From Fimbriimonadales bacterium (lineage in GTDB: Bacteria > Armatimonadota > Fimbriimonadia > Fimbriimonadales > Fimbriimonadaceae), in NCBI GenBank assembly GCA_038202925.1, contig JBBREM010000001.1:3509-67508 (forward strand): a stretch of DNA of 64,000 bases, given 5' to 3'. Below are positions 1-9,522 of this stretch, piece by piece; within the stretch, counting starts at the first letter, position 1; each line of letters starts with the position of its first letter. Under the pieces are notes generated by a model. The model made no database searches, was not told the origin of the DNA, and saw nothing but the letters and a program-made list of their open reading frames with translations. Both the position numbers and the translations under genes were made by a program.

Positions 1-16
1 TAAGAGCCAGCGCTCC

Positions 17-1096
17 TTAAGAAACTTTGGCGAGCTCCGATTTTAGCGTGTTGATCGCGTCGATGTTTTCGGGGTCGATGCCATTTAGCGCGGCGAGGTA
101 CAGGGAGACGAAATCTCCGTACAGGGCTAGGCTGAGCATCTTGGCGAGAAGGGTGTCGCCCTTGGCCCCGACCACGTGAAACGCGGCGGTCTTGCCGACT
201 AGCTGTTCGGTGACTTGGGCTCGCTTCTTCATCTTTGCCGTTTCCGATCCATCCTCCAAGATAACTGCGGCCCAGCATTGCACGCCTTGCTCGCGGGCCT
301 TGCCCCAGCCGAGGATCTCATTGTGATTGAGCTCGGGGAAGGCGTTGGCAAAGGCCATATTTTTCGCATTTTCGTTGATTTGGCCCTTCCAGCGGTTGGC
401 GACGGTGCCCTGCCAGGAGCCAAGGCCGTAAAGGACGGCGAGCTTTCCGTGAAGGGCTTGAGCGAGAATTTTGGGCTCGCTGCTTCGGGCTTCGACCGTC
501 CAGGTGGGAATCAGCTGATCGAGGAGGGCGAAGGCGGCTTCGTAGTCTTGCTCAGGGATGAGCTTGAGGCGCTCGCAGGCGACGAGGACGGGGATGAGCA
601 TGAAGCCGAGCGCGGTGCGGGGAGGCTGGCCGCCGGGGATTTGGATGACGGCGTTGCCATCTTGGCGGGCGATCTCGGCGAGCTTGCCTCCGCTTGTCAC
701 GCAGATGATGCGAGCACCAGCCTTCTTGGCGTCAGCGTAGGCGCTTAGGGTTTCTTCGGTGTTGCCCGAGTAGCTGGCGGCGAAGACGAGATCGCCGAGG
801 CCGACGAAGTTGGGGAGATGATAGTCGCGGTTGACGATGAACGGCGCGCCGCCGTGGGCCTCGAAGATCGCCTTGGTGAAATCTCCACCAGCGGCGGAGC
901 CGCCGAGACCGGTGAGCATCACGAGGCTGGGTCGGTTCTCGAGCTTGGGGAGATCGGCTTGGCGGGCGATCTCCAGCGCTTTTCGGCACTGGGCCGGGAA
1001 CTGCTCGGTGAGGCCGAGCATGTTTTTGGGGTCGAGGCGGGTGACGTAGGCGCGATCGTCGAGGATCATGGGTGCTAGCTTATCCCTGAGCCTCAC
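17..1096 (-). CDS. bifunctional phosphoglucose/phosphomannose isomerase (SIS-domain PGI/PMI family)
   Basis: 359-aa ORF with SIS-type motifs LTGLGGSAAGGD and ASYSGNTEET. Length and C-terminal region fit the bacterial/archaeal PGI/PMI family. Confidence 0.8.
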   Translation of the reverse strand: MRLRDKLAPMILDDRAYVTRLDPKNMLGLTEQFPAQCRKALEIARQADLPKLENRPSLVMLTGLGGSAAGGDFTKAIFEAHGGAPFIVNRDYHLPNFVGLGDLVFAASYSGNTEETLSAYADAKKAGARIICVTSGGKLAEIARQDGNAVIQIPGGQPPRTALGFMLIPVLVACERLKLIPEQDYEAAFALLDQLIPTWTVEARSSEPKILAQALHGKLAVLYGLGSWQGTVANRWKGQINENAKNMAFANAFPELNHNEILGWGKAREQGVQCWAAVILEDGSETAKMKKRAQVTEQLVGKTAAFHVVGAKGDTLLAKMLSLALYGDFVSLYLAALNGIDPENIDAINTLKSELAKVS

Positions 1097-2069
1097 CGCT
1101 GGAGGCAGGCTCAGACGATTTCCCCATTTGCGTCCAGAAGAGTGCCCAGGCGGCGGCGCTGCTCAGGGCGAAGGCGACCTTGAGGGCGTCGGGAATGCGG
1201 GGATTGAAGCTGAAAAAGCCTTCAATCGGGGCCGCCATGAACATCATGAGGATCGAGGTGGTGAGCAGGACGATCGCGTCCTTTCCGGCGGATTTGAGCG
1301 CCGCGGCGCGGCGACGGCGGCCAGGATTGATCAGCGCATAGCCCATGACCAGCCCGGCGGCTCCCGACAACACGAGGCCGGATATCTCGGTCACACCGTG
1401 AGGCGAAACGGAGATGAACAGGTGCGGCATCTTGCCAGCGGGGGCCATCTCGTGGGCGAGCGCACCGAACAGCGTGCCGTTGCGATACAGGATGCCAACG
1501 GTGCCGAGGCCGAAGGTCGACGCCGCGACGCCCCCGCCCAGCACGGCCTGCAGCGGGTTGTTGGTCATGTAGAAGCCGGTCATCATGATCGACTGATCGG
1601 GCGATGCCTCGTCGAATTCGCCCGATTTCCACTTTTCGAAGACCTGCTCCCAGCCTTCGGGGACGAAGACGGTGCGGCTCTGCGGGAACAAGTCGAGCAT
1701 GTGGAAGGCGAGAAAGCCGGAAAGCACGAAAGTGAGGGCGCTGGTAAGCGCGAACCACCGGCAGCGGCGGACAGTTTGGGCGGCGAGGTTCATGCCTTCT
1801 ACCAGCGAACGCCACAGCGGATGGCGCGGACTTCGGTATAAGATGCCATAAGCGCGCGCAACCGTATCGTTCAAGAACTGGATCAGTTGTATATTGTTCG
1901 AACGCGTGCGCGCGGTAGCTAAGTCCGCCGAGACACGGCGGTACAGCTTGATGAAGTCATGAAACTCTTCACCCTTGAGTTTGGCCGGCGAGATGTCGGC
2001 ACGGTCGCACAGGTGGGTCAGGCGCTGCCAGTCCGCCTCTCTCTTTTGCACGAAGGCTACTTCGTTCAT
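1080..2069 (-). CDS. SpoIIM-like (DUF95) integral membrane protein
   Basis: 329-aa ORF with a soluble N-terminal region of about 100 aa followed by several hydrophobic segments. The N-terminus (FVQKREADWQRL...LYRRVSADLATART) resembles the stage II sporulation protein M family. Confidence 0.6.
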   Translation of the reverse strand: MNEVAFVQKREADWQRLTHLCDRADISPAKLKGEEFHDFIKLYRRVSADLATARTRSNNIQLIQFLNDTVARAYGILYRSPRHPLWRSLVEGMNLAAQTVRRCRWFALTSALTFVLSGFLAFHMLDLFPQSRTVFVPEGWEQVFEKWKSGEFDEASPDQSIMMTGFYMTNNPLQAVLGGGVAASTFGLGTVGILYRNGTLFGALAHEMAPAGKMPHLFISVSPHGVTEISGLVLSGAAGLVMGYALINPGRRRRAAALKSAGKDAIVLLTTSILMMFMAAPIEGFFSFNPRIPDALKVAFALSSAAAWALFWTQMGKSSEPASSGEAQG

Positions 2070-2912
2070 CGGCTGTTTGCCAGTGTACTGCTGCTTCTCG
2101 CGTTGGCAGCCGGGGCGTGGGCGGGCGGGACGACGCAGATCGTGGACGCGAAGATCGCGGAAGTGACGGAGCGCGGCTTCGTGCTGCAGGTCGGGACGGA
2201 CAGCATTTCGGTCGAGGACTCGGGCTCGACCAAGTTTTGGAAGGGCAAGGCGGCGGTGAAGCGCGGTGCATTCGCGGTCAGTGATCTCGTTACGGCACGG
2301 ATCAAGACTTCGACGGATACTCCCGAGCTGCGGGAGATCGCTGATCGCGAGTCGTGGAAATGGCTGGACAACGTGCGCAAGCAGCCGGTGGTGGGCACGA
2401 TCGAAAAGGTCGATCCAAAGTATCTGACGCTGAAACTCGAGGATGGCACTTCATTCTCGTATCGCGCGACAGAGAAGAGCAAAGTCGAGATGAAGGGCAG
2501 GCCAGATATGAAGCTGACGGACCTGGAGGTCGGGCAAAAGGTGTATGCGAAGGGCCGCACGCTGGCGACGCTCGACACCTGGCTGGCGCTCATCACCGAT
2601 ACGCCATTGGCGCCGAAAGCAGTGAAGGGCAAGTCGAGCGGCGGCAAACGGGGAAGCAAAGCGAAGGTGCTGCCGGCTCACGGCTCGATCGACGGACTGG
2701 TGCTGGGCCATACGGCGCAGTTCCACATGTTCGATATCGCCCACGACGCGGCGACCTTGCATATCACCTACACAAGCACCACAAAGTTCATCCTTGATGG
2801 CATTGCTGTCAAAGCTGTAGCAATTCAGCCTAACCAGAAAACAATTGTCTTTTACTCGCGCGACAAGTTCGGTAGAATTGTCGCCTCTAGAGTCGAACTT
2901 TCTACCCGGTAG
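2046..2912 (+). CDS. secreted hypothetical protein with repeated beta-rich modules
   Basis: The ORF track gives 1959..2912. An in-frame TTG at 2046 sits just before a clear signal peptide (HRLFASVLLLLALAAGAWA). No recognisable catalytic motif. The start is uncertain. Confidence 0.5.
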   Translation: MHEGYFVHRLFASVLLLLALAAGAWAGGTTQIVDAKIAEVTERGFVLQVGTDSISVEDSGSTKFWKGKAAVKRGAFAVSDLVTARIKTSTDTPELREIADRESWKWLDNVRKQPVVGTIEKVDPKYLTLKLEDGTSFSYRATEKSKVEMKGRPDMKLTDLEVGQKVYAKGRTLATLDTWLALITDTPLAPKAVKGKSSGGKRGSKAKVLPAHGSIDGLVLGHTAQFHMFDIAHDAATLHITYTSTTKFILDGIAVKAVAIQPNQKTIVFYSRDKFGRIVASRVELSTR

Positions 2913-3056
2913 CGGCGTAAAGGTTTGAACAGGGTCGGGGAAACGCACGTCTGCAGTAAGACTGTCGCAAAAGCCATTGGCATGGCCCTTGCAACAGGCC
3001 TTCGGGAGAGGCAGAAATCGTTGTCCGCCTGCACCGTCGCAGGGACAGCCTTAATC

Positions 3057-3911
3057 ATGAGCGCACATCCGCATCCATCGGATCACGAGGAAGGGATACC
3101 CAGTTATCTCGGCCGGCTGACCCAAGCACCGCTCCTCACCGCCGAGGCAGAGGTCGTTTTAACTCGCGCCGTGCAGCGCGGGGATTGTTGCGCCAAGCAG
3201 CGACTGATCGAGTCGAACATGCGGCTGGTGATCAACATCGCCAAGACCTACCGCAACCGAGCCATCCCGCTCGAAGATTTGATCCAAGAAGGCGCCATCG
3301 GCCTCATGCAGGCAGCCGAGCGTTTCGATCCTGAAAAGGGCTTCCGCTTCTCGACCTATGCCACCCACTGGATCAAGCAGGCGATCGGACGAGCCATCGA
3401 CAACAAGTCCAAGGCGATCCGGCTACCCGCTCACGTTTCGCAATCATTGCGGAAGGTGGAGAGGGAAAGGTTGCGGCTGTCTCGCGAACTCGGGCAGGAT
3501 CCGACGCCCGAGCAGCTTGCGGCGGCGATCGGAATTTCTCCTAAGAAGCTGTTGGGCCTGATGCAGTCGTCGCAGGAGCTGCTTTCGCTTGACATGACGG
3601 TTGGAGAATCGGGCGGGATGACGCTGGGCGGGCTGATCAAGGACACCGCGAACGGCGATCCCGAGAGTCTGATGTTGAGCCAGGAAATGATTCACGAGTT
3701 GCAACGCATCATGCTCGAGCTGAACGAGCGCGAGCAGCGTGTCATGCGCCTGCGCTTCCGCCTGGATGGCGATCAGGCCCCGCTGCAGGATGAGATCGCG
3801 AAGGAGATGAAGCTCTCACGCGAGCGCATCCGGCAAATCGAGGTCCAGGCGATCAAGAAGCTGCGAGCGCTGGCCCAGCGGCGGCGTCTTCGCGACATGC
3901 TTACGCAATAG
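3057..3911 (+). CDS. RNA polymerase sigma-70 family factor (RpoD/SigA-like, lacks region 1.1)
   Basis: Regions 1.2-2.4 (LIESNMRLVINIAKTYRNRAIPLEDLIQEGAIGLMQAAERFDPEKGFRFSTYATHWIKQAI), region 3 and region 4 (LSRERIRQIEVQAIKKLR) are all present. ATG 3057 was chosen over the ORF-track start at 2925. Confidence 0.9.
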   Translation: MSAHPHPSDHEEGIPSYLGRLTQAPLLTAEAEVVLTRAVQRGDCCAKQRLIESNMRLVINIAKTYRNRAIPLEDLIQEGAIGLMQAAERFDPEKGFRFSTYATHWIKQAIGRAIDNKSKAIRLPAHVSQSLRKVERERLRLSRELGQDPTPEQLAAAIGISPKKLLGLMQSSQELLSLDMTVGESGGMTLGGLIKDTANGDPESLMLSQEMIHELQRIMLELNEREQRVMRLRFRLDGDQAPLQDEIAKEMKLSRERIRQIEVQAIKKLRALAQRRRLRDMLTQ

Positions 3912-3974
3912 CTCCAGGAATGTCCGAGCCGCTGATTGACCGTAGAGGCTGAAGCTTAGCTTCAGCACTCCGAA

Positions 3975-4034
3975 GGCGGCTTCGCCGCGGCTCCGGCTTT
4001 GACGGATTCGGGACAGGAATGTCCCCTCACAGTG
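3975..4034. repeat. double-hairpin dispersed repeat (family B), degenerate copy
   Basis: GGCGGCTTCGCCGC hairpin followed by GGGACAGGAATGTCCC hairpin and CACAGTG. Related copies lie at 4641, 44494 and 50039. Confidence 0.7.
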
Positions 4035-4067
4035 TTCCTCCCAATAGGTTCTGACCCACGCTGGCTC

Positions 4068-4089
4068 CCTCGGCTTCGCTCGGGATGAT
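4068..4089. repeat. CCCTCGGCTTCGCTCGGGATGA arm (family A)
   Basis: Near-identical 22-26 nt motif also at 4709, 41781 and 62605, and related to the ends at 11355, 14348 and 47891. Confidence 0.75.
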
Positions 4090-4111
4090 AGTTGTTGGCT
4101 TGGGGTGCTGA

Positions 4112-4471
4112 GCTGCGCGGGTCCAGGCGATCGAGCCGCTCAGCGGCATCTTTGGCCGAGTTGGCGCGGGCGGGGTTCACCATGTGGCGTTTCGTGTCAA
4201 GGACGAAGAAGAATTGCTCAATCTGGAGTCGAAGGTGCGCGCGGCGGGTTTGCAGACTTCGGGTGAAGTGGACCGGTTCTGGTTCCGAAGCGTATATTTT
4301 CGGGAGCCGGGCGGGATTCTCTTTGAACTGGCGACGGACGGGCCGGGGTTCGGTGCGGACGAAGACATGGAGCACCTCGGGGAGAAGCTGGTGCTGCCGC
4401 CGTTCCTGGAGGCCAGGCGCGCGGAGATCGAAGCGGGGTTAACGCCGCTGCCGGATTTGGCGGTGCGTTGA
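4112..4471 (+). pseudogene. C-terminal remnant of a glyoxalase/VOC-fold ring-cleaving dioxygenase (MhqO/YfiE-like)
   Basis: The frame is open only from 4112. It encodes ...[19 protein letters not shown]...[31 protein letters not shown]...[15 protein letters not shown]. This matches only the last third of the roughly 310-aa family. The upstream part is replaced by repeats. Confidence 0.6.
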
Positions 4472-4577
4472 GGAGATACCAGACCGAAGGAATATGAATT
4501 TTAGGTCCGTACGTGCGCAACACGTGTGGCCGTCACGGCACGTGACGCCCAAATTTCGCGACGTTTCCGAATCGTGG

Positions 4578-4610
4578 CATGCCGCCACGGCTACACGCCT
4601 TCGGCGTAGG
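4578..4610. repeat. CATGCC..ACGGCTACACGCCTTCGGC repeat (family D)
   Basis: Second copy at 14293..14324 shares the ACGGCTACACGCCTTCGGC core. Confidence 0.65.
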
Positions 4611-4640
4611 CAAGCGGTCGACGACGAGTCCTTCGTCTAC

Positions 4641-4690
4641 TCCACTTCGTTCTGTGGGTGAATCGGGGACAGAAATGTCCCCGCCACTGG
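4641..4690. repeat. double-hairpin dispersed repeat (family B)
   Basis: GGGGACA-GAAA-TGTCCCC hairpin (7-bp stem, GAAA loop) followed by GCCACTGG. The first hairpin is degenerate. Confidence 0.7.
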
Positions 4691-4708
4691 GTCAGTAGTG
4701 TCAACCGA

Positions 4709-4734
4709 GATCCTTCGGCTTCGCTCAGGATGAC
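4709..4734. repeat. GATCCTTCGGCTTCGCTCAGGATGAC arm (family A)
   Basis: Same motif as 4068, 41781 and 62605. Confidence 0.75.
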
Positions 4735-4744
4735 GAGATTGGGT

Positions 4745-5977
4745 CTATCCAAAAACAGGGACGTGCTGGAACTTCTCTCCTAGGACAAGCTCCGAGTCGC
4801 CGCCCATCCACTGATCGAGCGTCGCCGAGTACACCTGGCGGAAGTCGGTGCTGAACGGCACGTCGCCGTTGATGAGGTTCTGCAGGTCCGGGTTCGCTCC
4901 GTAGAAGCCTCCCTTTACGGGCTTGCCGATGAGGAACATGGAGTTGGCAGCGCCGTGGTCGGTGCCTTGGCTTGCGTTCTCCTGGACCCGGCGTCCGAAC
5001 TCTGAGAACACGAGAACGACGACCTTATCGGCCTTGCCAACGGCTTCCATCTCGGCCTGAAAGGCGCTGATCGCGTTTGCAAAGTTGCCGAGCAACTTGG
5101 CCTGGGTGTCCGCTTGACGGGCGTGGGTGTCAAAGCCCCCGGCGCTAAAGTAAACAACCCTGGTCTTAGGCGACGTGGCGATCAGTTGGGCGATCTGCTT
5201 GAAACCGTTACCGAACGGATCATTGCCGTAGGTCTGCTTCGGCGTGTAGGTTTTAAGCTGCTTGCTCAGAATATCCATCGCATCGAGGGCCGCCTTGCTC
5301 GCCTGCTGGACGACTCGCGTGTTCGAGCCGGCCGGCGCGTCCATGCCTTGAATGTCGCGCAGCATTTGCTCCGAGGCGGGGTCGCCGATCAGGTTCTGGA
5401 CGTCGGTAAGCGAGGCAAAGCAAGGGATGCTCGCGTTCTTTGCCGATAGAGCGAGCGGCTTCTCAGTCGAAAGGCCGAGGGCGATAACCGGGTTCATCGG
5501 GCCGACGCTGAGCTGATTGTCAAAGTGCCGGCCGATCCAGCCGTTGTGCAGCTTTGAATCGGGGCTGGCGGACTGCCAAATCTCCATGCTCTTGAAGTGG
5601 GAGCGGTTGGGCTGGGGATAGCCGACACTCTGGACGACGGCAACCTTGCCCTGCTTATACAGCTCGGCAAGCGGGGCCATCGACGGGTGGAAGCCCATCT
5701 GCTCGTTCAAATGAACGACGTCTTTGTCCGCAATACCGAGTGTGGGCCGATAGGTGTAATAAAGCTTGTTGGCGTAGGGGATGACGGTGTTGAGGCCATC
5801 GTTGCCGCCGCTCCATTGGCAGACGACGAGGACGGTGTCGCTGGCGGGCTTGCCGCCCCTTGCGACTCGAAGCATATCGGCTTGGGCGATGGTGGATAAC
5901 CACCTTGGCGCCATGAGGCCGATCGCAATCACTCCACCCCGCTTGACAAGATCCCTTCGGCTAATCAGATCACTCAT
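4745..5977 (-). CDS. DUF1501 domain protein (sulfatase-fold, Tat signal)
   Basis: 410 aa with a twin-arginine-type N-terminus (SRRDLVKRGGVIAIG) and typical DUF1501 blocks (GGNDGLNTVIPY, GGFDTH, FSEFGRR, GTDHG). Confidence 0.85.
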   Translation of the reverse strand: MSDLISRRDLVKRGGVIAIGLMAPRWLSTIAQADMLRVARGGKPASDTVLVVCQWSGGNDGLNTVIPYANKLYYTYRPTLGIADKDVVHLNEQMGFHPSMAPLAELYKQGKVAVVQSVGYPQPNRSHFKSMEIWQSASPDSKLHNGWIGRHFDNQLSVGPMNPVIALGLSTEKPLALSAKNASIPCFASLTDVQNLIGDPASEQMLRDIQGMDAPAGSNTRVVQQASKAALDAMDILSKQLKTYTPKQTYGNDPFGNGFKQIAQLIATSPKTRVVYFSAGGFDTHARQADTQAKLLGNFANAISAFQAEMEAVGKADKVVVLVFSEFGRRVQENASQGTDHGAANSMFLIGKPVKGGFYGANPDLQNLINGDVPFSTDFRQVYSATLDQWMGGDSELVLGEKFQHVPVFG

Positions 5978-6132
5978 GTTTCGCTATCCTCGTTCCCCAC
6001 TAGTATCAGGCGTTTCACCTTGCGATGCCAACCGGTCCTAGCGATTCTTGCCCGGATAAACGAATATCTCTCGTCGTGGTTCAGTGGCTTTTGTCCAGCA
6101 CACGATGCTGCGTCAATCGGTAATCTCGATGC

Positions 6133-6549
6133 GTGAAGCCGCCGAAGCCGATTTATTCGTTCCTTGCGGCGGCAATTTTGGCGGCCATCACCCTTGTTAC
6201 CTTCGCGGTTTTTCAGGATTACGGGCCCCAGAGCGCGATCCGCCGATTTCATCGAGCTGTGCTGAGGAAGGATGGGGCCGAAGCCAACCAACTCCTGGCG
6301 GGAGGGCTTAACTCGCCGGAGGGGCAGGCTCTCGTGAACTTCGTCGATGAGATTGCGCGGTCCAGCAACAGCTATGAGATCGTCGGGATGCGTCGAGACA
6401 GGGGGGCGGTAGTTGCCTCCGTCGAGTATCACATGCCCAATGGGATGGCGGCTTCACGAGTTTGGTATGTCCGAAAGCAAGGGGGCGAGTGGAAAATCGA
6501 CGCCTTCAACACGCTCACCGGCATCCCGCGGCAACTCTTTGGAGGCTAA
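6133..6549 (+). CDS. membrane-anchored hypothetical protein (NTF2/DUF4878-like)
   Basis: GTG start, one N-terminal TM helix, then a small domain ending in GGEWKIDAFN. Resembles the next gene in layout. Confidence 0.55.
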   Translation: MKPPKPIYSFLAAAILAAITLVTFAVFQDYGPQSAIRRFHRAVLRKDGAEANQLLAGGLNSPEGQALVNFVDEIARSSNSYEIVGMRRDRGAVVASVEYHMPNGMAASRVWYVRKQGGEWKIDAFNTLTGIPRQLFGG

Positions 6550-6580
6550 CCGTGTTACTGAGGTTTAATAGGTTCGCCAT

Positions 6581-7027
6581 ATGACTCGCTCAACTCGTCG
6601 TTCCGGACGCACCTCGTTCGTGCTCATTGCCGGTGCCGCCGCGCTCGGCCTGGTCCTGCTGCTGTTCTTTTATGTGGGCGACTCGCCCGCGGGCGCGGCG
6701 AGCCACTTCATGACCGCCTTAGCAAAAGCGGATGCCGGCGAGTTGGCAAAATACGCGGTTCATGGCAGCAAGACCGAGCCCGAGATGAAGAAAGAGTGGG
6801 AGGACACGCTCAAATACAGCAAATATCTTCTCCTTCAATGGAAGGTAACGGACTCTCAAACCCAGGGCGAAAACCAGGCAACAGTGCGCCTCGACTACGC
6901 GAAATCGTCTTCGGTAAGCGAAACGAATACCGAGCACTACGAACTTCAGCTCCAAAAGGTGAACGGCAAGTGGAAGGTCGACGTGTCGCAGATCCCTCGC
7001 GACATGTATCCATTCCTGCCTCAGTAG
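6581..7027 (+). CDS. membrane-anchored hypothetical protein (NTF2/DUF4878-like)
   Basis: N-terminal TM helix, then a small domain ending in NGKWKVDVSQ. Same architecture as 6133..6549. Confidence 0.55.
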   Translation: MTRSTRRSGRTSFVLIAGAAALGLVLLLFFYVGDSPAGAASHFMTALAKADAGELAKYAVHGSKTEPEMKKEWEDTLKYSKYLLLQWKVTDSQTQGENQATVRLDYAKSSSVSETNTEHYELQLQKVNGKWKVDVSQIPRDMYPFLPQ

Positions 7028-7033
7028 GCAGGC

Positions 7034-8281
7034 ATGTATCTCCTCTACAACCTCCTCATCACGGTGCTGTCCCCGCTTTGGCTGCCGTGGATGTGGCTGC
7101 GCAGCCGCGCGAGGAAGGAGCAGCCGAACTGGCAGGAGCGCATGGGGAATTACTCCTTCGAGCGCCTTCGCGAGGGGCGGCGGATATGGATTCACGCGGT
7201 TTCGGTAGGCGAGGTCGTGGCGGCAATGCCGCTGCTTTCGGCGCTACGCCGGTTGCTTCCTGCGGATGAGATCGTGCTCTCGGTGACGACTAGCTCCGGC
7301 CACCAGACCGCGCGAGAAAAGGCGACCGGCCTCTACGACCACCTCGTCTACTTCCCGATCGACTTCGCCCGCTTTCAGCTTGGCGCGATGCAACGGGTTC
7401 AGCCCGCAGTGGTGGCGGTAATGGAAACCGAGCTGTGGATGAACTTCCTGTGGGCGGCGAAGGTATTTGATGCCCGGACCCTGCTGGTGAACGGACGCAT
7501 CTCCGATCGGTCATTTCGTCGGTCTCGCTGGGTTCGGTTTTTCTACCGGTCGCTGCTATCGCGGATGGATCGCTGTCTCATGCAGAGCTCGGTCGACTCC
7601 GAGCGTATTCTCGCGTTGGGGGCTCGCTCTGCGGAAGTGCTGGGGAACGTCAAGTTCGACCAAGCGGCCTCGGTTTCAGGCGACGGGGCGGAATGGCGGG
7701 CGAAGCTTGGGCTTGGCGACTTGCCGGTGGTGGTGGTGGGATCGACGCGCGGCGAGATGGAAGAAGATTTCGTTCTTGCCGCACTTCACGAGTTCTCGGA
7801 TGTACAGATCATCCACGCGCCGCGCCATGTGGAACGAGCGAACGCGCTCGCTGATAAGGCACGGCCGCATTTCACATCCGTGGGCTTCCGGTCCAAAGGT
7901 GAGACTGCGCGCTACCTTATCCTGGACACCTATGGCGAGCTCGACAAGGTGTATGCGGTGGCCGATGTGGTGGTGATTGGCGGCGGGTTTGACAAGCTAG
8001 GCGGACAGAACATCATCCAGCCGCTGGCTCATGGAAAGCCGGTGCTGCATGGGCCGCACATGCATAACTTTCGCGACGTTGCGGCGGCGTCGGTGGCGTG
8101 CGGAGCCTCTGTAATCTGCTCTACGCCCCATGAGCTTCGGGACCAACTGAGCAAGTTGCTGGCGGACGCGCCGGCGCGGGACGCCATGGGTCGGGCCGCC
8201 CGCGAGCTGGTTGATCGCAACCTGGGGGCAAGCGAGCGCTATGCGCGCGCCATCGCGGAGGAAGCGTCTCGCTTACAATGA
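7034..8281 (+). CDS. waaA: 3-deoxy-D-manno-octulosonic acid (Kdo) transferase
   Basis: 415 aa with an N-terminal membrane anchor, the IWIHAVSVGEV motif and a GT-B C-terminal half (VVVIGGGFDKLGGQNIIQPLAHGKPVLHGPHMHNF). Confidence 0.85.
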   Translation: MYLLYNLLITVLSPLWLPWMWLRSRARKEQPNWQERMGNYSFERLREGRRIWIHAVSVGEVVAAMPLLSALRRLLPADEIVLSVTTSSGHQTAREKATGLYDHLVYFPIDFARFQLGAMQRVQPAVVAVMETELWMNFLWAAKVFDARTLLVNGRISDRSFRRSRWVRFFYRSLLSRMDRCLMQSSVDSERILALGARSAEVLGNVKFDQAASVSGDGAEWRAKLGLGDLPVVVVGSTRGEMEEDFVLAALHEFSDVQIIHAPRHVERANALADKARPHFTSVGFRSKGETARYLILDTYGELDKVYAVADVVVIGGGFDKLGGQNIIQPLAHGKPVLHGPHMHNFRDVAAASVACGASVICSTPHELRDQLSKLLADAPARDAMGRAARELVDRNLGASERYARAIAEEASRLQ

Positions 8282-8285
8282 AGCC

Positions 8286-9450
8286 ATGCGACGCGGACCG
8301 GCACCTTCATCCGCTCGCATCCGGCATCTGATCTTTCTCGCCCACATTTGGGCGATCTCGCCGTTCGCATTCGTTTGGCTCAACGATCCCAATGTCGCGC
8401 GTCAGCTAGCGCCTCAGAACATGGGCAATATGCGGCTGTTTACATTCGGCATCATCGCCTACTTCGCTATCCGCACGCTGCTCGGCTTTCGCGATCCTCC
8501 TTGGCTGAAGTGGGAATATCTGTATCCCCCGATCGACGTGCTGCTGGTGACGATGATGCTGTATATCGGCGATCGCGATCCGCTGGGCAACATCACGATC
8601 ATGTACTTCCTCCCGATCGCGGAGGCGGCGGGGACTTTGAACGTGGTTTTCGCTGGCTGCATCGGGGCGGCGTGTATCGCGGGCAGCATGATCGGCTCCG
8701 TCGATTCCAGCGCCCTGCACCTGATTAGCAGCCGGGAGAAGCCGTACAACGTGACGTTTCGGTTTACTTTCCTGCTTTTGATGGCGTCGCTCTTCACCTT
8801 TCTCGCTCGGCGGGCAGCGGAGTATCGGGCGGAGCTGGAGGTGGCGGCGGACCGGAATCAGCTTGCGCTCGACATGCATGATGGCGTGCAGGCGCAACTC
8901 ATTACGGCGGCGGCGCAGATGGAACTGGTGCAGCATCTGGCCGCCAAAGAGCCCGCGAAGGCGGCGGAGGTCGCCCAGGAGAGCCGCGGGACGCTTCGCA
9001 AGGCGGCGGACGAGCTAAGGTTCTTGGTTCAGCGGGCTGCGCACCCCGGCGCTCGGCGAAGGATTCATGCCCGCTTTGCGGCAGTACGCGCACAACTTCT
9101 GCACGCGCTTCGAGCTGGAGTTAGCCTTTGAAAGCGAGGGCCAACCACGTTCATTGGACGCAGAGACCGAGAACGCCGTGTTCCGCGTCGCGCAGGAGGC
9201 GCTGACGAATATCGCCAAGCATGCTCGGCATCGCGAGTCGAGGTGTGCATTTGCTTCGAGCGTGATACGCTGGAGATGCGGATCAGGGACGACGGATGCC
9301 GGCCTGTCGGCTGCGCCGGGGGACGACTCGGTAGGACTCGCGAGCATGAGAAAACGAGTGGAAGATATTGGCGGACGATTCTCGATGTCCGGAGGCGTAG
9401 GGACGACGCTGTCGATCGTGGTGCCCACTGGCCGGAGGAAGCGTGCCTAG
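8286..9450 (+). pseudogene. NarL/LiaS-type sensor histidine kinase, disrupted by three frameshifts
   Basis: Membrane domain plus HisKA_3 H-box (LALDMHDGVQAQL) lie in one frame. The conserved continuation LRTPALGEGFMPALRQY...QEALTNIAKHA, then ASRVEVCICFERDTLEMRIRDDG, then GLSAAPGDDSVGLASMRKRVEDIGGRF each lie in alternating frames. Switch points are near 9033, 9228 and 9300. Confidence 0.7.
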
Positions 9451-9522
9451 GGTTAGGTCTGCGCTTCTTCAAGAAGCCTCTCTGCCGCTTAGAGACCCGC
9501 TCCTGGGCACGCGACACGAGTT

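Noticed and set aside
3962-4375. 137-aa minus-strand ORF in the 4-kb repeat region
   Set aside because: It is composed of repeat-element sequence and the antisense strand of the dioxygenase remnant.
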